Assembly (NCBI GenBank): GCA_027923505.1
Contig: BROI01000005.1
Location: 744,001 to 808,000 of the forward strand
DNA length: 64,000 bases
Origin: Mayamaea pseudoterrestris
Lineage: Eukaryota
Direction: 5' to 3'
Part shown: positions 32,405 to 44,798 of the stretch, piece after piece
Position numbering within the stretch: the first letter of the stretch is position 1
Layout of the letters: every line of letters begins with the position of its first letter
Notes under the pieces: generated by a model
The model's database searches: none
What the model saw: only the letters and a program-made list of their open reading frames with translations
Told to the model about the DNA's origin: nothing
Made by a program: the position numbers and the translations under genes

Positions 32405-34211
32405 TTACAAATCAGCAGCTCGCGGAACGCCCAAGGCGTCCAGCTCCTCGTTGCAATTATAAAAGTAGCCAGGATCGGGATAGCCATGAGGTCCGCCAGA
32501 GCGGCTCGTCTTGTGGTGGATCGATGACCAAACGACGCGATTGGTTTTGCCAGTAGTCAATGACGTGCCGACGCGAAAAGTCAAGCCATGCGCAAACGCA
32601 TATTTTAGTCGCTTGAGCAGCTCAAGGCCCTCGCTGTTATAAGGCAAATAAGCAGTTCGAGTAGTGCCACGGAAGCTTACGCCCGGATTTCTAAATGGCA
32701 ACAAAAAGGTGAGAAAGTGCCTACGAACAAAAGCATCAATCCAATGCATCGGGGAATCAAACTCACGGATGATACTTCTTTTGGATATCACCGTGAATGA
32801 CATATTCGATGCGGATAGACTCATTTGCCGGGATACATCCATCACAACCTCGTGCGCGATCTGTGATAACGGTCATCATACCCGTGGGCATTGCGCCATG
32901 GGGCTCTGCGATATTCTTGTTGCACAATGGACACCGACTCGAGTGCGATGCAGCATCTAATATGCAGGTGAAATGAAAATGGTGCCCGCAGCCTTGGATT
33001 TGACCAACAACGTACTGCTTTAATTCGCCAAGACAAATGCAGCAAACGTCCGTGGGAGAAACGTCATTCTTGTTGACTCGAACGATATGATTGCGCGCTT
33101 GCTGATTCAGCATCTTCGGCGCAGTGTACTGAATAACCTTGTCAACTGTAGCTCCCGTCGTATTCAAAACAGATTGAACCGGTACGTACTGGACAACTCT
33201 GTTTTCGCTTGGCGAAACTTTATTTGTCGCGGCAGGCGTAGGTAATGAGGTCGGTAAACATGGCGCCTTGACCGCAGTGACCGAACTTACTACGGCAACT
33301 TTATCTTCGGTCGCGGGCTTGGAAACTTTCGCATGCAGAGTTGCATTAATCAAACTTTGGATTCCCTTATAGTACTCCATGATTGATTGTTCAGACTCTA
33401 GCGTAAATTGTACGAGCGGCACTACTTGATCCGACGATCGAAGCACCGCAAGACCCCGGCTCGCATATGTAGCATCCGGAGTAACAAAGTCGGAGGTCTT
33501 TCCTTGCAGGCGAGCAACCAATAATCCTGCTGATCCAAACGTTCCCGATGGAACGGTGTTATACATGTCAGTGGTATAGACACCATCGCCGTACTTTGAC
33601 CGATTGTTTTTGACGACAATGTTTCGGTCCTCGCGCTCCTTCCGCGTCAATAGGCCGTCGGTAAGAATTGTTTTCATATTTTCTGGTTTAGTCCAGTGAA
33701 ATCCTAAATCAATCCGGCTGCATATGTTGGTACGTTGGTACTCACTTTGCTTGACAAGCATGCGTTCGACGAGATGTGTCATTGCAATCGGCGTAATATC
33801 CTTTGAATCATGCAAGGTAGATTCTTGCACTTTCTCGTGCAGTTCAAGAATGCCTTGGACGAAGTACAACGCCTTTGCTTTGTTAATTTCGTACGTTCCT
33901 TTATCGACGGGATCGGGTTGCGTTGGTTGGCTTGGTTGCTCATCGTCGCTGTCTTTTTTTATCGGTGAAAGACGTCCCTTGGCCGTCTTGTTCTCTAATA
34001 TTGCAACCCCAGTTGTTTCGCCTCGCTGAAATGGAGTGGCGGTGACTGTCGTTGGGTCGGTAGCAATATTAGAAGAAAGTGGATTATCGTGGGATTGGTT
34101 TTGCTGCAAAGTGACCGTCGCTGCAGTCAGTAGAGCAAGTTCATTGCCGGTAGACGTAGTCATCGTTAACAGTTGAGCTAGGAACGCTCCCTGGTCGTCC
34201 TTCTGATGCAT
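32405..34211 (-). CDS. Deltex-family E3 ligase (RING-H2 + DTC) with an upstream PARP-like ADP-ribosyltransferase fold (intron 32691-32766; start 34211 or 34352)
   Basis: RING CCIC..CGHHFH..C..CPLC. DTC motifs HP|NPG..F.GT.RTAYLP, LTFRVGTS.TTG, WSSIHHKT and GYPDP.Y. ART-like GFHWT..N...I...GL and YGDGVY. Confidence 0.85.
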
Positions 34212-34989
34212 CTTCTTGTGTTCGATCTTGAGCGTGCTGACAAGCCGTAACGTTGAAATGACGAAAGCCGACCCGATCGCAATGGTTTCTTGCACAGCGT
34301 GGACAACTTCACCGCCAACAGAAAATATGAATTCGTGCAATTCTTGGAACATAGAGGCTCAAACTCTATACGGTAAAATTGTAGGCGGAATGATGCTGCT
34401 GCCTCTGGGCAACACTACGTTATTCTCGATTTCCCATGGTCGCTTTGAACGAGGGAGCGCGGCAGCGTGGAAACTTTGGAGCGCAGTTTTGCGCGCATTG
34501 CTGGTTAGAGTTAAAGGTTATCTCCCCTGCACAACATCATCCACCCGGAGCCGCGCCAAAACCGTTCAGCTATAATACGTACTCCAAATATTTTCAATTG
34601 CTTATGCCTATCGATAGTATGCATAGAGGATGCGATCGGTGCAAAGAAGTAAAACAAAGCTGAATCGGGTCTCGCAATAGCCTTTCAAAGCCTACGTGGG
34701 CCTGGTAGGCTTTCTATGGGACGGCTGGCTCACCGATTGATGGCCTTGCGAAAATTACTTGATCAATGAGCTCAGTCGAGTACTACCAATGAGGAAGCGG
34801 GAAGCTTATGAAGGAGATGCAATGCCAGTGTGGTAGAGAATTGTGGCATTGTTGAAGGAGGTTAAAGGCGCCGAGGGTAGTGACAAGGCATGATGCAGGT
34901 GGAAATTGAGCACTACCATATTCAGGCAAAGACAGAGTTTGCATGGCCAATATTAAAATCCGAAACAATTCCATTCTTCGCCCGGCACC

Positions 34990-35852
34990 TTAGTTAGTCT
35001 TCTTCTTATTGTTTGTCGCCCCTGCTTTTTCTTGCTTTCTCTTCTTCTTGATTTCAGCGGTCTTGACTTGCACCAATAGCGACGCAGCTTCCCTTAGAAA
35101 ACAGACGAGCATGATGAAGCAGTCTACCAACAGTGGCGCACACAGCAGAATGGTCATGAAAATGCCTCCTTGGTCAAAGTAGTTTTGCGTCGCCACCTTG
35201 TTCCAATGCTGCGCTCCATACGAGTTAAAGCGCTGCGCGCTCTTGACTAGCGCTCCAACGAACACCATGAGAACGAGTCGAGCTTCCATGCTGCGACCAC
35301 GTCGCGACACCCATAATGTTAGAATAAACATGATGATTTGAAAGCCTATAATACTTAATAGCAATGGCTCTGTCCAATTGATGGCGTAAAGAAAGGCATC
35401 GACTTGTTCCTTGAATGTTGTTGGACCAGCCTGATGGAGGGAGATATGACAATGCGTCAGACAAAATGTATATATTGGTATTGGAAGTCATAGAAACGTT
35501 CAAACAATTGAAGTGCGGGTCATACATATACGACAGATCATACCTGTCCTTGCAAAATCCCACCAAGCACTTGCTCCGCCATGCCTTGTAGTGGCGATCC
35601 ATCCAGCTGCTCGCGGACCATTGCTTCATAGTCTTGCTGCGAAAACTCGTTGGAGGCATCCTCGTCCATCAGATCGTTCTGCTGCCCATTAATATTACCT
35701 TCAGCCATGTTTGTGCTGCCACTGAACAATCCTTGGATGCCATTCTCCACCGTAGCTGTCACTCGTTCGGCCGTATCCAAAATTTCTTGGGCGACGCGGG
35801 CAAACGCACCACGCGAGTCTCCACCTTGTTGTTCATTGCTAGGTGATGCCAT
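34990..35852 (-). CDS. TMEM18: TMEM18 family membrane protein (intron 35431-35543)
   Basis: AINWTEP, FNSYGAQHW..ATQNYFDQGGIFM and a basic C-terminal tail. Confidence 0.85.
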
Positions 35853-36217
35853 GCTTGTTGCTAGGAAGAGATGATTGACAGCGCATGAAATAAAGAGGAA
35901 TGGATTTCAGATTTGTGATCGGAGGACCATCCGGAGGATCGATCTCTGATTGGCTTATCGTTCATTTTTCATTCGCGCTTTGCAGCATTTTGCTAATTAG
36001 TTGAGGACTACTAGTACTCGCTTTCTCGCTGCTGGGGCACAAAACGCAGCGAGACGAGGCACCCTTGCGCGTCCACCCGGAGCTGTGCCATTAGCGGACC
36101 TGGAGCTGTGAACCTCATTGCCATTCATCCTTCATCGCATTGGTCATTGTCTTGATCTTGATCGCTGCAGCAGCTTACTATAATCGTTCCTTCCTTTCGT
36201 CGGTACCTTTTGCAGCC

Positions 36218-37462
36218 ATGTCTTCACTCCTCGATGACGATGTTGATCCTCTTCCTCATGATCACGATCCTACCATGGCGCTTCAGCATAGCTCCTTTAC
36301 TGTTGGAGACTCATCCTCACATCACCATCATCATGATGAGGCTCACAGTACTGCAGCGACATCTGCATCCAATTCCACTAGCAACAACAAATGGGTCAAG
36401 AATGGTTTCGGCATGGCCGTTCCCAATAGTTCGGGCAAATTTACAAACGAGGAATCGGAAATGATTCGCCGCTCCATTGAGGAATACTGCAGCGCCAAGG
36501 GTATTTCGACGAGTCGTCTCTGCAGCGAATGCGACCACAAGGCGGAACTCAAGGGCGCATGGATGGAAATTTCGCGTCGTTTGCCGCACCGCAGCGTTCA
36601 ATCCGTTTACAGGCACGGCATTCGACAGTTGCATCCGTTCAAGCGCGGCGCCTGGAGCGAGGAGGAGGTCAAAATGCTCAGCGACTTGGTGCAGCGGCTC
36701 GGCAAAAAGTGGAGCGCCATTCAAGTCAAACTGCATCGCAGCGCCGATGCATGTCGCGACAAGTATCGCGAAATGAGTGATGACTACGTCAAGGGGCGGT
36801 GGAAGGAACCAGAAGTGGAGCAGCTGAAATCGATTATTCGGGAGTTTGTGAGTATAATGTTATTGCTGCTGTCATTGGATTTTTTTACTTGGTTTGCAGT
36901 GCAGAGGAAGCAAGCGCTGATGATATGATGCATGCGAGCCAAGTGCTCACGCAATATACAACTTGTTTCTACGTTTACGCAGCTCAACGTCGATCGAGAC
37001 ACGGACATGCGTGACCTTGGTCGCATGGTGGAGGCGCAAGGTATTCAGATTCCCTGGAGCGCCATTAGGTATGTACTACGTATTTAGAATGGACGAGGCT
37101 CTGCTGCGAGTTGCTTGGGTTTTGTTCCTGTGAGCTCACAATGATGCTTGCGTACTTTTGTCCACAGTAAACGCATGGGAAAGCGATCTCGCCTGAGCTG
37201 CTTCAAGAAATGGCAAAAGATGACTGGAACGGAAGGAGGAGCCATTCTGCCAGAGGAAGAGGTGGCGGAGGAACAGGAGGACGAACCAGTGGCCAAGCGT
37301 TCCAGAATGTCGGATCATTCGTATCATCATCATTCTTCATCCTATTCGTCGCAGCTGCTTGACGCCTCGTCGACTGGGAACGACCACTATGATGTTTACT
37401 CGGCCAAGATTGCCGCTGAAACGGTAGAAGCTGTAGATTTGCCCGACGTTGGTGACGTGTGA
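36218..37462 (+). CDS. Myb/SANT-repeat DNA-binding protein, Reb1/DMP1/TTF1-like (exons 36218-36847, 36983-37068, 37168-37462)
   Basis: GKFTNEE, LPHRSVQSVY, GAWSEEE...KWSAI..L.RS...CRDKYR and GRWKEPE...IPWSAISKRMGKRSRLSCFKKW. Confidence 0.88.
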
Positions 37463-37589
37463 ATTAGTGAAAGCGATTCTAACGTAATTGTGGAAGCAAA
37501 TAGTGACTGTGCTGTCCAGTACGCTCCGGAAGGTAATAAATTGGTAGCCAATCAAATGATTATCATTACATAGATCTCTACATTTATTA

Positions 37590-38111
37590 CTATCGCCGGT
37601 TCTTTCGTTTCTGCTTCTTGCCGGGTGACGGCTTTTGGCCCAGTTCATTGTCTGCTGCTTCCGGAGGCGTTTGTTTTGGCGCTTCCTTTCGCTTTGATCC
37701 AGACATCGGCTCCTTCTTATCCGTTGCCACCTTCATAGCGGCCACTTCTTTCTCGTTTTGTTGCTTCTTGTCAATTTCGGCTTGCTTTTGCTGCAGCTGC
37801 ACTAACACGGACCGACACTGATTCAGCTGTAGTCGCAAGGGATCTTGTTTGCCTACTTCTTTCCCACGCAATCTCGCTCCAATAACTTGTAGCGTTCCTA
37901 CTGAAAGAGCCACGGCTGATTGTGCAAGTGCGGTTGATGGTGACGACTTGGTTGAATGACTGCTGTTTCTAACTCTTGCCGCATCGGTTATTTGCTTCAG
38001 AAATGGTTTCATTCTGGTTCGAATATCTAGCAAGGCATTCTTGGTCTTTTTAAGAGCCTCTTGTGCTGCTTCAGGCGTTGTCGCTGAAGTATTTGATGCA
38101 GCAGGAGCCAT
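37590..38111 (-). CDS. C1D/Rrp47 (Sas10/Utp3/C1D)-like small nuclear protein
   Basis: AQSAVALSVGTL..IGARLRG.....DPLRLQLNQCR resembles the C1D core. K-rich NLS-like tail. Confidence 0.6.
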   Translation of the reverse strand: MAPAASNTSATTPEAAQEALKKTKNALLDIRTRMKPFLKQITDAARVRNSSHSTKSSPSTALAQSAVALSVGTLQVIGARLRGKEVGKQDPLRLQLNQCRSVLVQLQQKQAEIDKKQQNEKEVAAMKVATDKKEPMSGSKRKEAPKQTPPEAADNELGQKPSPGKKQKRKNRR

Positions 38112-38373
38112 TGTATGAAGTTTATTTTGGTGATTGATTTGTGATTGGAACGAGGAAATCGAATCGGTGGACTTGGAGTGAGTCGCACCGAAATTCAAAT
38201 CACGATTGAATTTGAATCGTCGTAGCACGACTCATCGCGGGAGTTCATCAGATCGTCGTCAACAGTGGGCCTGCAGGTAGCTAGCTACTTAAACAATCTC
38301 TACGCTTGTAGTTGTCGCTGTTTTAAAACGTTAATATTGCATCGATGGCGATTTCTTTAAGCCCACGAGGAGT

Positions 38374-40018
38374 TTAGTTCATGAGGTAACTACCTTGATA
38401 GCCAGCGCTGTAGCTCTGGATCTTTGGTGGCGGTCCAGCCAACTCCAAAGTTTCCGCTTGCCCAAGAATGCGAGTTTGTAGGCTCTTCAAGTCGACCATG
38501 GGAAGTTTCCGAGCTCGGGCATTTGCCACCTTGCTTTGTCCAGGCTCCTTTCCAACAACTAAATAGTCCGTCTTGCCGGAAATGCCGGACGTAACGACAC
38601 CACCAAACGACTCTATCATGGCCCTGACGCGCGCCTTGCCCAAACTCAACCCAGTACCTCCGCCGACTTCGGGAAAGAGACCCGTCAAAACGAATTTCTT
38701 GTCGTGAAACACGTCTTCCAGCGCCCCATTGGCGCCGGGACGCGGAATGACAAAGTGCTCCTTGGTGGTGCCCCTCTTGGCTACTGCAGTCGATTGTGCA
38801 GCATCAGGTACAACGACAAGGTTTTCTTCCGCGGAAAGGCTGGTTGTCGTTGTCACAATGGTCGTGCAGGTGCTGGTCTTTGCATTTGACTTTGTCATCC
38901 TGGTCGCCTTGGCGCTCACCTTTCTCGTTGTTTTCGTAGCTGCTGTCGCTGACGGAGCAGTCTTGGCCTTGACATCTTGGGCATCCGCCTTTTTGGCAAT
39001 CGACTTAACATCCGGCGGTGGTTTACTCGCCGCTGTTTGGCGCGCCCAGTGTGACTCATCCATGACGTGTGCGACAAACACTCCTTGCTCCTCCAGCGAC
39101 AGCGACACCAAGTTTGTCAACAAGACTTCATCCATGTACAGCAAATCCTGCAACACTTGCTTTGGATCGTTGGGATCCGTAAGACCGGCCCATATGCGAT
39201 AGGGGACGCGCCAGCAGTCTAAATGGTGCCAACGACCGTAGGAACCAGACGTATCATCCAAGCTGCCAATGCGAATGGAGTCCTTTGCGATAAAGTTTGC
39301 CGAGCCGACAGCCTGTGACGCAACCGCAACAGTCGTAAAGTTTGCCGAGCCGACAGCCTGTGACGCAACCGCAACAGTCGTTTCCGTCGATGTATTCGTC
39401 TTTGCCTTTTTCCTTGGCGGAGGCGCAGCAGTCCGCGACCAGCTTTTATGGTTCCTGCAGGCCACGCACTGGCTTCGATTCGACTTGGCGCGTTCCACCT
39501 TGTAGCCAGGTACTTGCTCCTGCGCCGCATGGTAGTAGTGCTCGTAGGATGGTGTATAGTCGTCATTGGAAAAGTCCTGGTAGACGGAATCGTAGTAATC
39601 GTCCGTTGGCTGCTCCAAGTGAGTCGTGAAGGAAGTCAGCTTGTGTTTGGTGTACAACTCGCGCAATACTTCAAACGCGGTTCGAATCTTGCGAAAAGTA
39701 GCAGCGTCTCCTCCCTTGTCTGGATGATGTTCCAAAATGGCTGTTGAAAAAGTAAAATATTTTGGTTAGAGTGAAAGTATTAGTCGTCTCCTATTGCGAA
39801 TGCATGACGTGCATCGTGCTCGCACCTGAAAAGTAAATCTTCTTTAAAACCCGAAATTCATCATCCAAGCTTTGACAATCCTCAAATACATCGCTGCTTG
39901 TAATTCCAATGTCATGGAGGCAATCTTCGACTGTATGATGGTTGCTTGACTCGTCGTTCGCCGAAGTGTCCTCGTTATAATTCTTTTTGGCGCTGCTGCG
40001 ACGAGTGCGAGGAGGCAT
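38374..40018 (-). CDS. J-domain + PARP-type zinc finger + BRCT protein (intron 39741-39825)
   Basis: Spliced J-domain LKKIYFSAILEHHPDKGGD. zf-PARP motif VERAKSNRSQCVAC...IAKDSIRIG...WHHLDC. BRCT motif FVLTG...IESFGG.VTSGISGKTDYLVVG.EPG.SK. Confidence 0.85.
39291..39380. repeat. Exact 45-bp in-frame tandem duplication (TTVAVASQAVGSANF x2)
   Basis: TAAAGTTTGCCGAGCCGACAGCCTGTGACGCAACCGCAACAGTCG at 39291-39335 and 39336-39380. Confidence 0.95.
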
Positions 40019-40627
40019 GTTGATGGCAAATGTAAGTTGTTTCTAAGGTGTCAATGTAAGAGAGAGAAGCAAATTGTTTCCTGCTCCAAATGAAGTAAAT
40101 TTGCTGGTCTAGTTGTATTTTCAGTTGTCAGTGGTTGCCGAGATAAGCTGGAAGCAGCACTTTGTGCCATGGTCCATGGTGGCAAGCATTCAGAAGCGCA
40201 TGTCTCACTAGCATCCAATTTTAGCTAGCTTAACGTAAATCGAAAATCTACCAGGAATGGCTTTTTACCGTAACTTGAGCTTAATTTTAGCAGCAATGGC
40301 TATCGTGGAAATAAAAAAACTATTTCCGAGGCAATATTGTGCTTGCTGGTGCAATTTATGATACCGCTACATGAGCGAGCGTTGAAAAAACTACTTGAGG
40401 AGAAGGCATGCCGTAAATAATATTTAATGTGGCACAGCAACTGCGTACCGTGCAGGCAGTGATAAAGGCGGTCGAGTATGTGTATATGGGAGCAAACAAG
40501 ACGCACGGATCATGAGCTGAACTGGATAAATCATATTTTGGCTAAAGCAGACGTAATACAAGCTCGTCGAGCCCATGACACAACAACAATGCAAGAGCTA
40601 TGAATCGAATAACCGTCGTACAATAAA

Positions 40628-41343
40628 CTATTTTGTAGATGCCGACTGATTAAGATTGCTAGCTCCGACTGCTGAAACAATTTTTTGAACCCGCTCCAAG
40701 CTTGCGCTTGCTTGCCCCGAATTGGCGCTGACAATGCTACAATTGGCGGCTGCGTACGGCGGATCAACCCGAATCTCGTCCAAGACAATAATGCTGGTGG
40801 TTCCTTCAACCCAGTGTGCCTTATAACAGGCTTTCAGTAAACGATCAAAGCATGCCTGGCCTGCTGGTGTTGCCTGCATGGAATAGCAATGAGAAATAAA
40901 CGTTAGTCAGCGTTATATGAAACAGAAGTTCCAAACAACTCCGTCTCTCACAAACATACCTTGTCATTGATTTGCCGCATGCTTTCTTCGGCAAGTTTGA
41001 TAGCCTTTCGCTCCTTGTCCTCGAGCACCTTGCGATTAATCTTGGTAGGAGGCTGCATCGGCATGTCGGATACATTAGCAGACGCCCGTTGCGGCTTGGC
41101 TTGCACTACATGCTTGGCTTGAATGATGTGAATCGTTGGAGCAGACGCCTGTTTCTTCTGTGACTGCTTACTACTATGACTAGTAGATTGTGAATCAACG
41201 AGCAAGACAATGCAGCCGCTTGCGTTGTCGGTCGTGTAGACACGGCCACGCACGATTCCAGTCGGAGCCAGCGTCAGCTCCCATGATGAATATACTGGAT
41301 ATTGTTCGGAAAGAAGCAGCGTATCCGATGGTTTCTTCGACAT
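40628..41343 (-). CDS. LSM12: LSM12-like protein (LSm + anticodon-binding domain; intron 40874-40959)
   Basis: N-terminal Sm-like strands. C-terminal ATPAGQACFDRLLK...W.....IIVLDEIRVDPPY...C...LERVQKIV. Confidence 0.8.
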
Positions 41344-41810
41344 GATTGTCTACTTGAGCGACCGAAAGCCGGATCGTGTGCCATTCACGATGCTCAAGTG
41401 CACCATCATGGTCGTGCGGTCGTCCGCGGCGCCGCAGAGGTCCGTGACGTCATCGGATGGACTGGTTGCTATTGCCTGCTAGCTACCGCTATCGAGCCAA
41501 TAGCTCCGAACTTTTGATGTCAGCTAATCGAGTGATCGAGTAGCAAGAAACGATGAAACCAGAGACAAGGTTAATCGCAAAGTAGAAGTTTGAATCAGAC
41601 GTTGCTATGCTCCGTTGCGAGACGATCAGGGCAAGGTTGTTCACGGCAACGACGTGTGAACGAGTACACCGTACATACGAAAAAACGAGTTGTCAAGCTG
41701 ATGCAGCTAAAATTGGCTACCTAAATTTTAGTAACATGTAAAATATACTCTCGCACGCTCTTTCTGCCGACCAGGCGGCATAAGCCGGACGAAAAGAAAT
41801 GCTGCGTTGC

Positions 41811-44270
41811 TTACGAGGTCAACAAGGAATCGTATGGATTGTCGCACGTGCAGTTGCAAGTGCATTCAACCTCCTTGCAGTCGACTTGAATTTCCTTGCT
41901 TTCGTCCGTTGGTGTAAAGAGCTTGCACACGCTATCCGGAACGCTGCCAGTGAAGCCATTGAGCGCCAAAAGCAAGTTGGCGAGCACTGGAATATTACCA
42001 AGCTCGGTTGGAATTGTTCCTGTAAACAGATTATCCATAAAGTCCAGCGCTGAAGTATCAATGAAATGAAGATAGAGACAGTGAGAATGATGGGCGAAGA
42101 AGCATTTCGAGTCGCAATCAAATGACGAAGGTAATTACGTACAACCGCAGCTACTAAGTTGTCCTAGCTCTGTCGGCAACGTTCCTGTAAACTTGTTCGC
42201 GCCACTGTGAACCAAAAGAAAATTAAATTTAAGTCAGCAATGGAATAAGAGCTTTTGGCAAGACAAGCCACGAGTCGGCAAAGCCCATACGTACGCGTAA
42301 AAGGCGATAAGTTGTGACATAGTAGCCAGCTCGGTAGCGATGGTTCCCGTCAATTGGTTGTGACCAAATGAAAATGCTACCATGGAAGCATTCCATAGAG
42401 CGAGCTCTGACGGTATCGATCCAGTCAAAAAGTTGTTTCCAAGGTAGCAATCGGTGGCTTTGCCCATCAACGCGAGCTCCGTCGGAATTGTTCCAGCCAA
42501 ACGCTTTTGCCCCTCCATATCCATGTATAGCATCTCACCAAACATTCCAAATTCGGTTGGCAATGTCCCTGTAAAGCGATTCCAGTAAGCGTACATGTAT
42601 TGCAATTGCGTCATTAGTCCCAGCTCGGTCGGCAAGGTTCCACTGATTCTATTGTCGCCAAACCCAAATTGCTGCAAAAGGCTCAACTTCCCAACCTGCG
42701 TGGGCATTGTGCCAGTAATAAGGTTTTCGTCAATTGTCAAACTCTTCAATCGGGTCATGTCTGCGAGCAACGTTGGCAGTGTACCAGTAATTTTGTTAAT
42801 ATTGACCTTGATGTGCAGCATGTGTTTCCACTTGGTCCAAATTTCGTCGGAAATACTGCCCGCCAGTCGGTTCGAGTAGAGACGTAGATCTGTCAACTTG
42901 GACAGCTTTGTGATGCTGCTTGGAATGGTTCCACGCAACGCGTTAATGGGAAAGCGAAGCTTGGTAAGATTGGTCAATGTAGTGCTCCATTCGTCAACCA
43001 ACGTGGTAAAGTTGCCCTTTAGACCACAGGCGTAACACTCGAGCGTCTCCAAGCGGGTCAACTGCGTCAACGTACTTGGCAGTGTGCCCGTGAGTTCGTT
43101 AAAGTTGAGCGAAAGCGTTGTCAGCGCCGTCAGCATGGACACCTCATTCGGAATGGTTCCGACAAGCTTGTTACCAGCCAGGCGCAATTCTTGAAAGCCA
43201 TTCTTGTGACAGTGCTCCACATATTGATCATACTTGCGAATGTGCTCATTCATGTACCTGTCATTGTTTGGAACTTTACTTGAAAACCAAAGGCACAAAT
43301 CATTCTCTTCTTCGCCGTCCGTCGAAGTACTCAACCAACTCGTCGTATTGTCCCAGTTTGGTCCATTGGTGGCGAAAAAGACCACGGCCAAGCCGAAGCG
43401 CAGCGCAAGCTCATCCATCGTGTAGGCGTTCGCCGTTTGCGAAACCGCGCGCGGGTCCGAAACCAGCCACTTCCAGGCTTGACTCTGCGGCGACTTTGGT
43501 TCCCACTTGTCTTGGGGAAACCAGGCGGGTGTTTCGTACCATGCCGCGGCAAACTGCACATTGTCGTTCTTCGTCTTGGTCGCTACATCCTTCTTCAACG
43601 CGCGAACAGTATCGCCCGGCAAACTCGAAGCAAACTCGTAAATGGTTGTATTCGTCATGGTCCACCACTGACTATTCACGTTGCTCACGTTCGTTTCCGC
43701 GTCGTCGTTTTGGCGCTTGACCAACACGACACTCGTTGTGACCACAATGAGCACCACAATGGCGAAAATGACGGTCCACATTAACGCTTGCTTCTTGTTG
43801 ACGAGACAGTCTTCATCCTGCACCGGCTTGGCGCTGTAGACGCGCGAGCTTCCCTCCACGGCTTGCTCGACGTTGGGAATCGTGGCGACGGGCAAGCCGT
43901 GAGGGTTCAACGACGGCGGCGTTTCGGTGGAAGCGGCGACATGGTCGGACAATGAGCTTGGCGTCTGCGTGTCGGCAGTGTTGGGTGTGGTTTCTCCTGC
44001 GGCGCCTGCATTTGCTGCAGTCGTTCCAAGCATGGAGGAGGGCACGTAGCCATCCTGCAGAATCTTGGATCGAATCAAGTCTTGATGCAAATCGGATGGG
44101 GTGGATCCAGACGTCGCAGAGTCAAGCGTCGTTTGATTACTGTGGGACGTTGGTGTCACACCTTCCTCCAGATCCGCTGGAGGTGCAGCGGCAGAATCGC
44201 TGTCTCGGTCTCGGCTTTCATTGCCATCAATGGCAACATCCGTCGGGGTGTGGTCTTCTGAAGACGACAT
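41811..44270 (-). CDS. Type-II membrane leucine-rich-repeat receptor-like protein, no kinase (exons 44270-42295, 42204-42143, 42049-41811)
   Basis: Single TM WTVIFAIVVLIVVTTSVVLV, cap SPQSQAWKWL..FFATNG.NW, many LxxNxLxGTIPxE repeats and a C-terminal VDC.EVEC.C..C. Confidence 0.88.
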
Positions 44271-44798
44271 GCTAGTTCTCACTTGTTAACTACTATAGAG
44301 AGGTTTGCTGTGACTGTCGGGAGATGGAGTATACAAGTACAACGCCTGATGATTTTTGATGATGCGCTTCAGCTGGTGGCTGCTGGAGCGCCTTTCATGC
44401 ATGGCGCGCACCTCGCGGCGTTTCACCGAAAGGGCTAATATCGAATCCTGCTTCTCCGTCTGGTCCCATTGGCACATTTCATTTAGTCGTGTCATGACAT
44501 TACTGCCCTTGGGTCATGCTAATGTACGTCAGCGTTTTCATAGTCACTTGTACGACTTAAAATGACTTTGAGTCCCGCCATAATATTCGTTGGCGATGAA
44601 ATACATGTCGCATCGGCAATGTATTCCCAACCCTTCGCCATTCGCACGAAACGCAGATGGAGGGAGGCATTGCGAAACCGAAACGCCGATTATAACACGC
44701 CGATAACGAAGGCACAAGGTCCGGCATTACCTCCATTTCCTGCATATTCATTAATGATTATCCGACCGAAAGCTCGCTTGCAATCTCAAACTTCCATC

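Noticed and set aside
32098..32487. Apparent KTI12 N-terminal extension overlapping the Deltex gene
   Set aside because: KTI12 homology begins at MPCLILTG (32097). The upstream frame covers the spacer and another frame of the Deltex gene.
41811..44270. LRR protein as a novel receptor kinase
   Set aside because: No kinase domain is present, and it belongs to a commonly expanded diatom type-II LRR family.
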